From: Ranitomeya imitator
Lineage: Eukaryota
NCBI RefSeq assembly: GCF_032444005.1
Contig: NC_091282.1
Location: 665,198,001-665,262,000, forward strand
Direction: 5' to 3'
Length of the DNA: 64,000 nucleotides
The notes under the pieces were generated by a model. The model did no database searches. It was not told where the DNA came from and saw only the letters and a list, made by a program, of their open reading frames with translations. How positions within the stretch are numbered: position 1 is the stretch's first letter; each line of letters opens with the position of its first letter. This document shows, one piece after another, positions 1 to 12,919 of this stretch. The position numbers and the translations under genes were made by a program.

Positions 1-1440
1 CCTCCCTGCAATCCGGGCTCTTTGCGGTTACGTATGGATGGACAGATATCCACAAAATGACTCTTTTTTGCACAAAATTCCAGAAGGACCGATAAAAATG
101 AGTCATCCCCCCAAGTGCATGGGTTCCTCAGTAGGTTTAATTGACCCCTGACTCCCCCCAAAAATTGAGGCATCTCTTTATGTCTCTGATGTACACAGCG
201 ATCGACATGGCTAGCTATAGACATGGCCACCTCCAGGGAAACCGAGGTCTCATACAGAGAAAAGACATCCTTTACACACTCAAAAAGCCCCTGACTGAAC
301 TGACTACTGAGCCCGGGGTCATTCCACCTAGTAACTGTAGACCACCAGCAATACTCCTCCTTTGGCTGGTCTCCCTGCTGAAGCTGACATTGTGTAGACT
401 CAGCCAGAGAGACGCGGTCGGGGTCATCAGAAATAAGACCAACAGTGTGAAAAAATTGCTTGACCGTCTGAAGCGACTTAAAGTCAGACGGGAGATAAAA
501 TTGCGAGGCATGATGGTCACCTTGAAGAAGAGAGATTACAATCCCCACCCTTTGCTCCTCGGTACCTGAGGAATGAGGATGCAACCTAAAATAAAGTTTG
601 CAGGCCTCCTTGAATGCCACGAATGTATCCAGATCCCCAGAGAACCTATCCCGATCTTGGGCTTTTTCAGGGGATGCCCAGGAGCTGAGGCCCTAAGCAT
701 GGAGTTAGTTGGCACTGCAAAGCCACTGAGGACAAGTCCGCCACCTCTACACTGAGTTGTTGTAGCAGCTCTGCCATAATCGATCAAAACAGGTATGGCC
801 AGTGATAATGTCATGAAGTGTTTAGGGACGGTGGGCATCTACCTAATCCCTCGAACTAGGAGGCACCCTAGTCTATCCCTGTCTCCTGGATTACCCAGGA
901 GGTGGAGACGCCGGGGTCACATACCTTGCTGTTCTCCTATCTTAAATCTTATCTGTTCCCTCCTCACCCCAGGAGTTATGAGGTTGAAGTGTATAGGATT
1001 ACACTATCCAGACAGACAAGGGAAGACAGACAGAGGCATAAAATAATACAACAATCGTACAAATATACTCACGAAACAACAGAGTGGAACTCAGGAGAGG
1101 GATAGGTAGGAGAAACCAAATATGAGAAGATGAGGATAAGCATGCAAACTGTCTCCACACAGAAATCTCCTACAACTTTCCAACCGCCTAATCCAAACAC
1201 TGAATTTCTCCTTCAACGCCTAACCAGGAAGAACGATCACTGGCAATTCACAAATTCCAGTGGCAAATATATATACCAGAGGGGAGTGGCCAATACAGAA
1301 CAGCTTAGGCAATTCAGGATGGGAAGCTCCAGGAGATCAACTAAACTGATTAATGCATGCAATGATAGAGCAAGGAAAACCGGCACTGTTTAATAGGATG
1401 GCGAAGCAGTTCTAATCAGTACAGGATTTTGTGCGACCAG
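1..1440. pseudogene. Heavily degraded L1-like LINE ORF2 fragments
   Basis: Frameshifted traces of L1 motifs: ISLLN-like and DAEKAF-like RT segments on + near 1200-1410; KKP..I/SKG.GL-like and GT..H....FW..V-like C-terminal segments on - at about 40-680. Motifs appear only when frameshifts are allowed. Confidence 0.35.
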
Positions 1441-1541
1441 AGGCTGAAATCTTCTGGCCCCTCTCTGTCACGGTATCCCCATGACAATTACTGTGTGAGT
1501 ATGTGTGTATGTATGCCACCTATTGGATTTAGCAATCCTAA

Positions 1542-1994
1542 GGCTGCTTTCACACATCAGTCTTTTACCATCAGTCTCAATCTGGCGAATCCTGAAAAAA
1601 ACGGATCCGGCAAATGTTGTATTAGCAATGGATTGCGATGGGTGGCCTCATGTTTCATCCGTCGTTCGATGGATCTGTCAAAAATTGTTTATCCGGCATC
1701 TGGAGAAAACAGACATAGTAATTTTTTTTTGTCCGTCGAAAAAACGGACATTGCTAGAATGGAAGCCTATGTTGCCGGATCCGTCAAATGACGGAATCCG
1801 GAAACGGATTCCATTTTTTTTTTAACTGAGCATGCTCAGATTTTTTTAGGATCCAATTAGCTGGAACAGCTAGTTGGATCTGGCGAAATAATGGATCCGT
1901 CGCATCAGTTTTTCACAATCTGTGACAGATCCGTTTTTTTCCAACATTCGACGGATTGTGACTGATGGCAAAAAACGGATGTGTGAAAGCAGCC
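1542..1994. mobile_element. PIF/Harbinger-type MITE
   Basis: TIR GGCTGCTTTCACACATC / GATGTGTGAAAGCAGCC, with TAA on both sides (1539-1541, 1995-1997). Confidence 0.85.
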
Positions 1995-2068
1995 TAAAAG
2001 TCAATATCTACTCTTTATTGAGCCTTGGCACATGACTTCATATAAGAAGCCAAACCAGACACTCCATA

Positions 2069-2109
2069 TACAGACACATGCTCCTGGGTGTTTGCCCCTC
2101 ATCAGTGTA
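2069..2109 (-). ncRNA. Degenerate minimal type I hammerhead ribozyme motif
   Basis: - strand reads TACA CTGATGA GGGGCAAACACCCA GGAGC ATGT GTC TGTA. Helix I and the CUGAUGA core are intact; the GAAA box is mutated. Confidence 0.45.
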
Positions 2110-2377
2110 AATCAGGAGATCTTATTTGACTAGGTGAATGGCCTATACAGGCAAGGTATGGCCAAGACCCTTTGTTGTCAATGTCTGCCCCTGCATCACA
2201 GCCTACACCAGACATAGATGTCTAAACAACAGTATGTCAGTCACAAAAGCCCTCAACAGTATCTTACGAGGATGGGCTGAACACTGCAAGAAAAAATACC
2301 AGCTTTGCCACTAGTGTGTAGATTTACCTTGGCATAGATCAGGATTTTTCCAGCAGTCTAGTCTCCAGTCCACTTAC

Positions 2378-2460
2378 AGATCAAAAGTGGTTGTAATCAG
2401 CATTCTGCTTTCCCCTGATGGATTTGCTGCCCAATATTGGAGACTATGAATTTCTATGTA
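2378..2460 (-). CDS. Candidate host-gene exon (unassigned, weakly WD40-like)
   Basis: Perfect GTAAGTG donor and a plausible GTGCAG acceptor; open frame YIEIHSLQYWAANPSGESRMLITTTFD; phase-compatible with the 5382-5560 candidate. Confidence 0.2.
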
Positions 2461-3594
2461 CTGCACACGGTGATTTAGATAATAAAATGATCTCAGGAAA
2501 CACTGCTTTACCAATTCTCTAATGTATTTCTGCGTGTTCGCCCAAATTGACCCCAGATTTTGGAGCACCATACAAGCAGCTCTAACAGATCTACAGTACA
2601 TCAATACACAAATATTTTATAGGAAGAACACAAATGTTTTATTAATTATTTTTATGTTTCTATAATTAAAAGCAGAGCATTACAGAATAAATGTAATGTG
2701 ATTTATTTATAACTCAACATAAATGAGAATGATTTGACTCCAGCTGGAGAAAAACAGGCTTGGACTGAAACGCATCAGGCGTCTGGATTTGTGAACAAAT
2801 GATACTGTGTAGGGATCACATTTTCAAGATGTAAGATTACCTTTGGTGAACTTCAATAATATACTGATTCCTTTACAAGTGAAAGTGTTTGAAGACTAAA
2901 GAGAGAAAGTCCCATTCTGGGATCAAAACACGCTACATAACTTGTATAGAATTTCTCTACAAGTGCGAAAAAGTGGGTGCATGACTAAGTCATAATTTAC
3001 TTCCCAAAAATCAATTACAAAATAAATGTACACAAGTCACTGAGCTTAGCCTTCATTTTCGAAACTCCAGTGGAAAAATTAAAGCTGAGCTCAAATTGGG
3101 CAACAAGACCAATTTTACTGTTAAATAGCTTAAATAAATGAGATCCACTGCACCCTAACATAAATCCAAATCGATAATGTCTATATACGATGTGCTATAA
3201 TTCTAAATAAAAAAATAGAATTCAAAAGGAATTGTCTGTACATTTTGTATCTGTGCTGGTATATGAATGGTACAGTATGTACGTAATTTTTGTAGGTGTC
3301 TGCAAGAGGGACGTCCATCAGAGGTTTGCTTGTCATACACCAAAACCCTAATATGTTCCAACACGTTCCCTTAAGATCAAAGCAGAAAAGCATTGAAGAC
3401 AATAATGAGAGTTTCTAAACCCTTTTAACAATTGACTGTTTTGGGGACGCATACTTATTAACTGGCTATAACATGTTACTGCTTACAGGAAATATTATAA
3501 GGAGAAACGATTATTAGATAAATGAAAAGGAATATAAAAAAATTCTAAATATGTAAAACATTTTTTTATAATGTCTCTTGAAAGTGAGTGTCAA

Positions 3595-4665
3595 CCCCCA
3601 AATTGCATGTTAATTTAGCTGTGCTGTGCTATAGGGGACTTGCCTCACGTGCCTCCTCTCCCTTGGACACTGTCCACACGATTACCTGCGGCACCTCATT
3701 GTTATTAATGTGTAGTGTAATGTTTTTGTACTGTGATGTCTTGTATCTGCCATGTACTGTGTGTATGTTTAGGATAGATAAGAATGTTAGTTTAGGCACA
3801 GGCAGCAAGGGGTTATTCAGTGGGAAGGGGTCAGAGCAGAGCAGCACAGAGCAGGGAGATATAGTAAAAGGACTTCCTGTTTAGAATCAGTCTCCCGGAC
3901 AGTCTGCCCAAGGGCAGGACACATACAGTGGGACAGTTACAGGCCATGGGGTAAAGCTTCAGATGGCAGTAAGGGACCCCAGGCTGGAGAATAGTGCAGT
4001 CAGGCACCAGCTCAACAGGCTCATCCCCAGGAAGGACAAGGGTCTGACAGGGAGCTGGTGATGCTGAAGGTACTAGTCTTACAGTGCCTGCAAAATTACC
4101 TTTAATGCAGATTTGGATTTGGGGTGTTTGGTGCACACTTAGTGTAGACAAGGGCTCAGTGGAGTACACTTGGTGTAGCCAAGGGCTCAGTGGAGTACAC
4201 TTGGTGTAGCCAAGGGTTCAGTGGTGTACACTTGGTGCAGCCAATGGATCAGTTCATCATTACACCCCTTTAATGTGAATTTTGGGGACCCCCTCTTCTT
4301 CTTATTGACAGTACTAACCTGCCCAAAGTGAGTGCTGCCTGAACTTATTCCATATGTCCGCTCATGCTCACTGACACTGCCTGTGCCCAGCAGCGCCCAC
4401 ACATTGTCAATGAGGGGGCGTACATAGTGTGAGCAGGAGTGTTCTTCTCCATGGCTCCTCTGTGAATCGTTCACTACTTTGATATATCTGTAAGTATAGC
4501 GACGGAGCCAGGGGGGAGAACACGTGTGTGTGCAGGTGGGCTGAGGCAGTGACAGTGTGTACGCACAGACACACATGTCAACATAAAGTAGCAAGCGCTC
4601 TGAAAAAGTGAGCACTGTCAATCAAAAGAGGGGGAAGTCCCAAAAATGCAAATTAGGGGGCTTAA
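3595..4665. mobile_element. Decayed non-autonomous DNA-transposon-like segment
   Basis: Degenerate terminal inverted match (CCCCCAAATTGC vs GCAAATTAGGGGG-CTTAA) and an internal inverted pair at about 4273-4320 / 4608-4654. Confidence 0.3.
4150..4242. repeat. 31-bp tandem repeat, 3 copies
   Basis: AAGGGCTCAGTGGAGTACACTTGGTGTAGCC x3; the third copy carries substitutions. Confidence 0.9.
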
Positions 4666-5381
4666 AATCTAAGCCCTTGGCCATGCTGAAAAGTGCATTT
4701 GCCTTTCAATTAAAAGTATTTTTCTTATATTTCTCAGGCCCTTTACCACTACAGTGTACAGTGGTAAAATTGTTTTTTATATGGACTAAGTCCTCTATAT
4801 CACTGTGCAGCTAGTTTAATATGCATTTTGGGGGTGACTTTTAATTTTTAAAGTAAAGGGCACTGCTAACTCATTGGTAAAAAATCCTCTATGTGGTAAT
4901 TCCTATATTGCAGGTCCAGCTGTTTTTGAGCTTTGCAGGATACTAAGTTATTACAATTATTTTAAAATAAGGAGTTTTTGTATTACAGAATAAGATCTTT
5001 ATGATATAAGCAAATGGACGTTGTACCGTTTACCCACGGCCGTATCTCTGCAGGAGAGTTATTCGTACGTCCCTGACAAACTTATCAGACAAACGTATTC
5101 TCTGTCCATCCATAATGAAGTCACGCATAAGGCATAATCCCAATACAGCACTTTTTGTGGTAATTAATAGGTCTGGTTTGTATGGAAATACATTGGTCGT
5201 TGTTCTGTTGCAGTTTGCATATGAAGAAAGCTTTTTGAATAATACATAGCACCTCTGTCATAAGACTAGTAATTTTATCACCTGTATGTTACATGTCAGG
5301 AGCAGGAATATGGTGCGGGTTCAGGAACTGGTGCCAGGAGCTATGGAGGTAGATCTGATCGCTGTTCTTTTACCCACTTAC

Positions 5382-5560
5382 ATGTTGTTGTCTGCTGTCA
5401 TTTTCTGAAGTAATCCCAGTGTTAAGACTTTCAGGTGCCCATTTGGCCCCACAAGATGCCATTAGTTTGCCATGGTAGCCAAGAGCTGTCACTGCTATAT
5501 TGGTACTCCTTTGAAACTGGTCTTCACAGGAGACCATCATTTTCCCAATAAATAGCAATT
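5382..5560 (-). CDS. Candidate host-gene exon (unassigned, weakly WD40-like)
   Basis: TTATAG acceptor and perfect GTAAGTG donor; 179 bp open, including VTALGYHGKLMASCG; ends in phase 0. Confidence 0.22.
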
Positions 5561-6126
5561 CTATAACATTTCAGTATATAGGAGAAGTGATCACAGGTCC
5601 TCTTAGGAGAATAAAGAATTAAATAAAAGTTTAAAATATTTTTTAAAATATTTAAAAGTTTGAATGATCCACTTTCCCCTCTTCCAAATAAAAAAAAATG
5701 CCTCTCCCGTAAAATTCCAACCCATCAAAATATAGACTCAACTAAACTATACGTTAAAACGCCATAAAGAGAAAAAAAAATGAACTATCACAATTTCTGT
5801 TTTTGATCATTGTACGTCTCTCGAAAAATGCACTAAAAATAATGAAAATTGAATATGTACCCCAAATTGGTATCTATTAAAGTGTCAGCTTGCCATACAC
5901 AAAAAAAAGTCATAAAAGTCCAAAAAGTAAAATAGTTGACAATATACAAACATATTTTTTCTCTTTCCAGATTCTGCAATTTTAGTAGTGGTTACAAGGG
6001 GTTCTTGGGGAATTATTGGTGTGGATAAGGGCTTGGTTCACCATTTTACCCATTTCCAGTTGCTGAGTAATTCAGTGTGCAACAAGCAGCTGCTACAGAC
6101 AGAACAGGGTACCAGGAGGCACACAC

Positions 6127-6670
6127 TGTCACGGTGGTAATGCGCATACATTCCCACTGTTGTGCTACTCACTTTGTTTGCTGCTCTGCTTATTCTCATG
6201 CAGGGATTGGATTCCACAGCCAATCACCATCAGCAGGTGCTATATCAGGCAGCACCACCCTCCACGCCTTGACTGAGTTTAGGTTCCACTTTCTGTTAGC
6301 ATCTAGTTCCCGTTCAAGGTGTTTTGTTGTTTATACCTCCCGTTAGTGACCCGGCTTGCTTTCTCGTTTATCCTGATCTCCCTGCCCTTGACCTTGGATA
6401 TGAATTTTGAACCTGTGCTGCCTGCCCTGATTTCAGACCGTCTGACTACACGTCTGCCTTGCCCATCTGTACCCCGTAGACAAATCTCTGACCCTCCAGT
6501 TAGCTGCTGCAGTCCTAAGGGCTGCCCTGGAGTGGCACCTGATGTCTACCAGTGGCCCAGTCTATCCTCACCATCAGAGGCTCTAGTGAATACTCGGTAG
6601 ACACTTAATCATGCCCCTCCACAATAAGACCGTCCTGTGATGCAGTGGGTCCACACACACCAATGTAGCA
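6127..6670 (+). mobile_element. 5' LTR of a Gypsy (sushi-like) retrotransposon remnant
   Basis: Begins TGTCACGG, ends TGTAGCA, and is directly followed by gag-like sequence. Confidence 0.6.
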
Positions 6671-7400
6671 ATAAGCTCAGGCCATGAACCCCACTGACAA
6701 GACGGAATCTAGATACCCAAAGTCTTTTATGCAAGTCCTGAATGAGGAGGTATGTTTGTAACTGGAGTATGAAGACCTGCTGATACAGGCTATTTATGTG
6801 ATGGCAACTCAGGTGCAGGATTTGTCCACCTCTTTGTCCACCCTGTCCTTCACCTTCCTCAATATTGTCATCTCCATTGGAACCTGGCATTCCAGTGTCT
6901 GCTGGAGCTGCTAAGTTTCAGCTTCCACTCCCGTCCCGCTTTGATGGAGACCCCAAGGAAAGCTGCGGCCTCATAAATCAATGACCGATCCATTTCACTC
7001 TCCACACTCATCTTTTTCATTTAGACTAGACCAAGATTGCATTCATGGTCTCTCTGCAGTCTGGATGAGACCCTGGCTTGGGAAAACCCCATTTGGGAGC
7101 ATGGTAGTTCCGAGACTCGTGATGGTGGGAGATTCTTGAAGATTTTCCAGCGTTATTTGAGGAACTTGGCCACACCTTGTCTTCCACCTCGTCCCTGCTG
7201 ACTCTAAGTCAGGGCATTGATACCGTGGCTCAGTATACCTTACACTTCCTCAACCTGGAATGAAGAGGCCCTGGTGGCAACTTTCTAGCAGGGTTTGTCT
7301 GGTTGAATTAACAATCTAACATCCTCTCTGGATGCCCTTATACACCTCGCTACTAGGATTGATTTCTGTTTCTATGGCTAGCTCTGAAACAGGCTCAAGT
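6671..7400 (+). pseudogene. Degraded Ty3/Gypsy sushi/PEG10-like gag
   Basis: Translates with stops and frameshifts as LPLPSRFDGDPKESCGLINQ*, KIAFMVSL and WNEEALVATF*QGLSG, matching the retrotransposon-gag signature of this family. Confidence 0.75.
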
Positions 7401-8019
7401 GTCTCTTTTTGGGGAACCTCTCAAATCAGTTCCAACCTTTCAGTACCCCTTACTGTCTCGAGCTCCACCTCCTACTATAGAGCCATTGCAAATAGAGTGA
7501 CCAAGCTCTCGGTACAAGAGTTACAGCTAACTTATTGTGACAATGTGTGCCAATAGTGTATCACGTCCTCCTGGGAGATCTGGGGTTAGTAAATCATTAC
7601 ATATTGGGAATCACAAGTCTTCCATTTAGCCTGTGCGTTTTGTTTCCGTTTTTAAATAGATTTTATTTCCTTCAGTGCTGAAGAGGTTAACGATCCTTTC
7701 TATGCTGGTTCGGATCATGCAGCTCCATCTCACAGCTGCTCTTGACCTGCTCATTTCCTCTCTCTATAAAAATCTGGCTAGACCTTTTCATCCTTGCCAC
7801 CGAGCGCCTAGCCATGCCAAGGGTGCGCTGAAGCCCCGTCATTTTTACATGTCAAAAAAACTAATTTTACATAAAATAAAACAGGCAAAATCTGTATCAC
7901 AATTATTAATTGATTGATTTTTATAGGAATTAGTCCCCTATATGAATATATAAATGGTTTAATTTGAGTATTAGCGGTTGACTGACTCCCTTTAAGCGAT
8001 TTGTGCTGCTAGTCACTAC

Positions 8020-8587
8020 TCACGGACAAGCCTAGAGGTTGGATAATCAAAAAGTCCTCGGTCAGAAGCCAGGAGGGTATGTCAAAGACAGAGGGGTGAG
8101 ATGAAAGAATAGTTAGGTCACAGTCCAGTGCTCAAAAGCCAGGAGGGTACGTCTTAGACAGAGGGGTGAGTCAAAAAAATAGTCTGGTCATGGTCCAGGG
8201 GTCTGAATACCAGGAAGACAACAGATCAAGCAAACGGTCAAAGCAAATGGATGGTCAGAACGAAGTCCAAGGTCTGGCAGCAGTAGATCAAAGCACAGAG
8301 CAGCAAGGCAAACATACACCAGTGAGCAAGAAGTTAGAATTGGCACTTGTCGGGGGCAGAGAGCTGGCTAAATAGAACAAGAGACACATGGATGAAGCTC
8401 AGGCAACACCCAAACTCCGATTGGACAGCTAAACTATCAAGCAAGACAAAGCTCAGCAAGCCCCATCATCCGATTGGGCAGCTTAGCTGTCCATCAAATA
8501 TTGACAGCTCAGCATGCTCCTGCTCTTGATTCGATGGCGGACAGTTATTCACTGCATCCAGACACAGAGAAAGAAGGAATCGTTACA
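8020..8587. mobile_element. Probable solo LTR fragment
   Basis: Ends in ...CGTTACA; internal ~38-bp duplication (about 8063-8100 / 8132-8170); purine-rich, LTR-like composition. Left end not defined. Confidence 0.4.
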
Positions 8588-8949
8588 GGATTACTACATG
8601 ATTGCGCATATTTTGGACTGCTCAGAGTATGACAACATTTTTAAATATAGCTGGTATTATGTACGTAAGCAAATAATAGGAGAGGTACTGTATGTCTAAA
8701 TGGGGATTTGAAGGTCTGTAAATGTAAGAAGGAGAGATCAATTAAGTGGAAAAATAAGTGCTCCTCCTAAAATTCTGGGTCACCTAGCAGAGTTCTGTGC
8801 AGGACTGTTTAAATTTAAAAATTTTCTATTTTTCTAAATTGGCACTAAGTATTCCATGTTATGATTGAAAGGAGATTTTTTTTCAAATGATAAAGCATAT
8901 GGCAAGTAGAGACCAAGAAAAAGACGAGTGTAGGGATCATTGTAGTATC

Positions 8950-9072
8950 TGGCTGCATGTATTTCTATACAGCCGCGCGCTGAGGTCCGGAGTGCCAGTG
9001 GCAGTGCTGGGACATGATGCGAGAGACTTGCACGAGTTTCTCACATTGAACTCGCAAGTGTGACCCTGGCCT
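8950..9072. mobile_element. Half of a palindromic Harbinger-type MITE
   Basis: Matches the right half of the 35167-35361 element; ends GTGTGACCCTGGCC followed by TAA. Confidence 0.5.
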
Positions 9073-9089
9073 AAGAGATGTGTTGTGAC

Positions 9090-9402
9090 TAGTGATGAGC
9101 GAGTATACTCGTTGCTCGAGATTTCCCGAGCATACTCGGGTGTCCGCCAAGTATTTTTTAGTGCTTGGAGCTTTAGTTTTCATCGCCACAGCTGAATGAT
9201 TTACATCTGTTAGCCAGCATAAGTACATGTGGGGGTTGCCTGGTTGCTAGGGGAATCCCCACATGTAATCAAGCTGGCTAACAGATGTAAATCATTCAGC
9301 TGCGGCAAAGAAAAACTAAATCTCCGAGCACTAAAAAATACTTGGAGGACACCCGAGCATGGTTGAGAAATCTCGAGTACCAAGTACACTCGTTCATCAC
9401 TA
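9090..9402. mobile_element. hAT-type MITE (TAGTGATGAGCG family)
   Basis: Long inverted arms TAGTGATGAGCGAG... / ...CTCGTTCATCACTA; same family as 36210-36517. No TSD found here. Confidence 0.75.
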
Positions 9403-10340
9403 ATAATTAATATTCCTTTCATTTCTTGGCTTTGGGTACACTAGAAGCACCTGCAAAATATTCAGCGGCTGAAGAATCTCAATCATTTTCAAACCAAGGA
9501 ATCTCAATCATAAAAGAATGTTGGAACTTCAGCTGAAGGATAAAGATCCAAAGGTCAGAAGGTTGACTGAATATCATTTTGCAGCTGATCTGGAGGTCTG
9601 AAGTTTTAGATAGTAGCCTGCAGTCTCGGTTCGTTAATGCTAGAAGTGGTGAGAGAAGAGAAGGGACAGATCTTTGTGTGGTTTGGGGGTTTGGTTTCTG
9701 ACCTTAATAAAAGTGTCACTCATTGTATCAGAACTAGTTGGATAGAGCTAAATTTTAGGATATGAACACAGGGCTGTGATCAGAGACTACAATAGAATAA
9801 TGCTACATGTATCATGGACCATGATAAAAAAAGGATCAGATAGAAAATGTGTGATGTACATGTTAGTAATAGGAAAAGTCCCTTGTTTAAGGTGAAGGTG
9901 ATGCCATGGATCACAAAGAGTCCACATCTAAGTACAAATATAAGTTCACCAACAACCTAAGAAGTCACAAAGGCCTTTTCAAGTGCCTCTTTTCTTTTCA
10001 TTGATGTATGTGAACTTGCCTCAGAACAACTTATGTATAATCAAGGTGAGATAGGTTTAGCACCGAATGTATTATTGGTACTTATCCAAAAACAAAGAAC
10101 GCACATATATGACCGCACAGCTGATAAATCCAACTCACCGACCAAACAGTGCAACACCAAGCAGGAAAAAATGGGCTGAACGTATCCTCCACACCAAATG
10201 AATCAGGGGTGCCGCTTCCAGAAACATATGCAGAGTCCAAAGTAGAAAAATAAGAAAAAATAGGAGCGCACTTACCCTGGTGTGGTATGCATCACTTTAT
10301 TGAAACATAGAAAGTGGACAGCAGGGAGGGGCAGGATCGG

Positions 10341-10392
10341 CCATGGACAACGGCCGTTTCGTGCTTACTGGCACTTCAACGGGTCCTAATGG
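10341..10392 (-). ncRNA. Variant minimal type I hammerhead ribozyme (left-arm copy)
   Basis: Exact reverse complement of 21129-21180. Confidence 0.6.
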
Positions 10393-10562
10393 TGAATGAG
10401 CTGGAGGAGTATTATATGGACCGGATCTAGTCTCAAACTCCTCCCCTCCAATGCTCAAACAAATATAATGTGAAAATTAAAAACAACATATAATTAAAAA
10501 CAGTAGACGTAGAACACAATCTAGAAAACTGAATACACAATTGGAAACAGACAGACTAATAT

Positions 10563-12491
10563 TTACAAAAATACCGACATGTCGACTTTTTCATTAAAAC
10601 CAGATGGTCCTGCCGCGTTAGCGCGCAGAATCCACCTGGCTTCTCTACGCAACAACAGACGACACAGATCTCCTCCTCCCTCTGGCAGCGAGACACGCTC
10701 TAAACCTGCAAACCTCAAAGATTGAACATCTCCCGCATGGTGAGTCCGAACATGATCTATCAACCTCGGGGCACCCTTCCCTGTTTTTATAGAATTAAAA
10801 TGCTCTCTAATGCGAATAAACAAGGGGCGGATGGTTTTGCCGATGTAGAAACCTCGGCAGGGGCAAAAAAGAATATATACGACGTGAGAGGTTTTACAAG
10901 ATATAAAGTCTCGTACCGTATGTTGTATATGGCCCACCCTCACTTGATCTCCTGTATGGTGATATTTGCAAAAGTTGCAACTCCCGCATTTGTAATTACC
11001 TGTGGGTGCGCTATCAGTAAGCCAATTATTTCTATCAGTCCTGAAACGGTTCCGGACTATAATATCTCTGATGTTTTTACTCCGACGACTAGCAAAAAGG
11101 GGGCCTCTTTCTACCACTTCTTTAAGATCGCTGTCCTGACTCAGGATCTGCCAATTTTTACGTATGACCGATCTAATGTGATTGTCAAGCGGTCCGAATT
11201 TGAAACTAAAGACAAACTTTTTTTCCGGTTTTATCCCCAAGGACATAGAAACATTGGTAGCCTTTGCTTTTTCATAAGCGGCATCCAACACTGAAGGGGG
11301 ATATCCTCGTTTTTTAAAACGATTAATTAATTCCACTGACTGCCGCTCAAATCCTTCAGACTCATTATTGATTCTTTTAACCCTAAGAATTTGACCAAAA
11401 GGAAGGGACCGTTTCACATAGGAGGGATGGGCACTATTAAAGTGTAATAGTGAATTAGACGCAGATGGTTTTCGATATACCTCTGTGGACAGACCTCTTT
11501 CGCTAGTGTACAATTTGACATCTAAAAACACCAAATTGGTGCCTCCGAATTGCGAGGTGAACCGCATATTCATGGTGTTGGATGTCCCCAGGTGCTCAAC
11601 AAAATCGTTGAAAACATCCTGGGGTCCATCCCACACCATGAATATGTCATCGACATATCTAGCATAAAGCTTGATATGCCGAAGAAAAGGGTTACTTGAG
11701 GAATAAATGTAATCCTCTTCAAACCTGGCAAGAAAGAGGTTGGCCAGGGTACATGCGACGGGGGTACCCATCGCGGTACCCACCGCCTGCAAGTACCACT
11801 GGCCATCGAACTGAAAAGCATTATGCTCAAGAATGAATGAGAGTCCCTCACAAATAAAATCAACCGTGTCTTGTCCAGTAGGCGTATTTTGTAAAATACG
11901 TCTGATTGTCTCCACTCCCAATGTTTGTGGTATGCGGGTGTACAGGCTTTCGATATCTATCGATGTTAAAGAATAAGAATCATGCCATTCAAAATCCTTC
12001 AGAATTTGTAAAAAAGCTCCCGTGTCTTTTATGTAGGAGGGAACATCCGACAAAAGGGGGCGTAATAGCCAGTCAATGTATGAAGAAAGCGGCTCAGTCA
12101 GGGAGCCCACCCCTGACACAATAGGACGGCCTGGGGGGGCTACAACCGACTTATGTAATTTAGGTATATGATACCAATGGGGACGCTTTGGGAATTTAGG
12201 AAAAAGCTTCTCAGCTTGTTTAGATGAAAAGACCCTTTTTTCCACGAAATGTCTTAAAAAAGAATGTAATAGATTTTTAAATTTTATAGTGGGGTCCCCT
12301 TTAAGTTTTACATACGTTTCTTCATCAGACAATTGTCTTAAAGCTTCTGTTTTATAGTAATCTCTCGACAGCAACACAACGTTACCTCCCTTATCCGCAT
12401 TACGGACAATCACATCAGACCAGTTTCGTATTTCAATTAAAGCTTGTTTTTCTTTTGTCAAGAGATTATCTAAAGGTTGTTTGTATATTAA
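10563..12491 (-). CDS. Penelope-like RT plus GIY-YIG endonuclease, left arm (N-terminally interrupted by the piggyBac-like insertion)
   Basis: ADKGG, SIDIESLY, GTAMGTP and YARYVDDIF RT motifs; CGSCNFC linker; VVYILFCPC.GFYIGKT..L..RIREH GIY-YIG. Translation is identical to the right arm. Confidence 0.93.
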   Translation of the reverse strand, partial: LIYKQPLDNLLTKEKQALIEIRNWSDVIVRNADKGGNVVLLSRDYYKTEALRQLSDEETYVKLKGDPTIKFKNLLHSFLRHFVEKRVFSSKQAEKLFPKFPKRPHWYHIPKLHKSVVAPPGRPIVSGVGSLTEPLSSYIDWLLRPLLSDVPSYIKDTGAFLQILKDFEWHDSYSLTSIDIESLYTRIPQTLGVETIRRILQNTPTGQDTVDFICEGLSFILEHNAFQFDGQWYLQAVGTAMGTPVACTLANLFLARFEEDYIYSSSNPFLRHIKLYARYVDDIFMVWDGPQDVFNDFVEHLGTSNTMNMRFTSQFGGTNLVFLDVKLYTSERGLSTEVYRKPSASNSLLHFNSAHPSYVKRSLPFGQILRVKRINNESEGFERQSVELINRFKKRGYPPSVLDAAYEKAKATNVSMSLGIKPEKKFVFSFKFGPLDNHIRSVIRKNWQILSQDSDLKEVVERGPLFASRRSKNIRDIIVRNRFRTDRNNWLTDSAPTGNYKCGSCNFCKYHHTGDQVRVGHIQHTVRDFISCKTSHVVYILFCPCRGFYIGKTIRPLFIRIREHFNSIKTGKGAPRLIDHVRTHHAGDVQSLRFAGLERVSLPEGGGDLCRLLLRREARWILRANAAGPSGFNEKVDMSVFL

Positions 12492-12919
12492 CCCCTTCAA
12501 GACCCAGCCTATTTTGACCTTAAAGACCTTGCCGTTTTTTGCAATTCTGACCAGTGTCCCTTTATGAGGTAATAACTCAGGAACGCTTCAACGGATCCTA
12601 GCGGTTCTGAGATTGTTTTTTCGTGACATATTGGGCTTCATGTTAGTGGTAAATTTAGGTCAATAAATTCTGCATTTATTTGTGATAAACACGGAAATTT
12701 GGCGAAAATTTTGAAAATTTCGCAATTTTCACATTTTGAATTTTTATTCTGTTAAACCAGAGAGATATGTGACACAAAATAGTTAATAAATAACATTTCC
12801 CACATGTTTACTTTACATCAGCACAATTTTGGAAACAAAATTTTTTTTTGTTAGGAAGTTATAAGGGTTAAAATTCGACCAGCGATTTGTCATTTTTACA
12901 ACGAAATTTACAAAACCAT

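Larger units (their letters stand above)
1510..2160 (-). mobile_element. Short hammerhead-bearing interspersed repeat, copy 1 (split by a MITE)
   Basis: The - strand shares the GACTTTTAGGATTGCT..CCAATAGGTGG tail and the CTGATGAGGGGCAAACACC motif with copies at 31.7, 42.2 and 42.4-43.2 kb. Boundaries are approximate. Confidence 0.55.

Noticed and set aside
2740-2800. Another hammerhead-like string (CTGGAGA...GAAACGCATC)
   Set aside because: The core and helices are too degenerate to support.
10722-11294. 190-aa antisense ORF in the PLE (and its mirror at 20227-20799), plus antisense ORFs in the Tc1 copies
   Set aside because: Shadow frames of real coding sequence, with no independent evidence.
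12489-12500. MKG start of the 645-aa ORF
   Set aside because: The TTG comes from the piggyBac-like terminus reading into the interrupted PLE frame.
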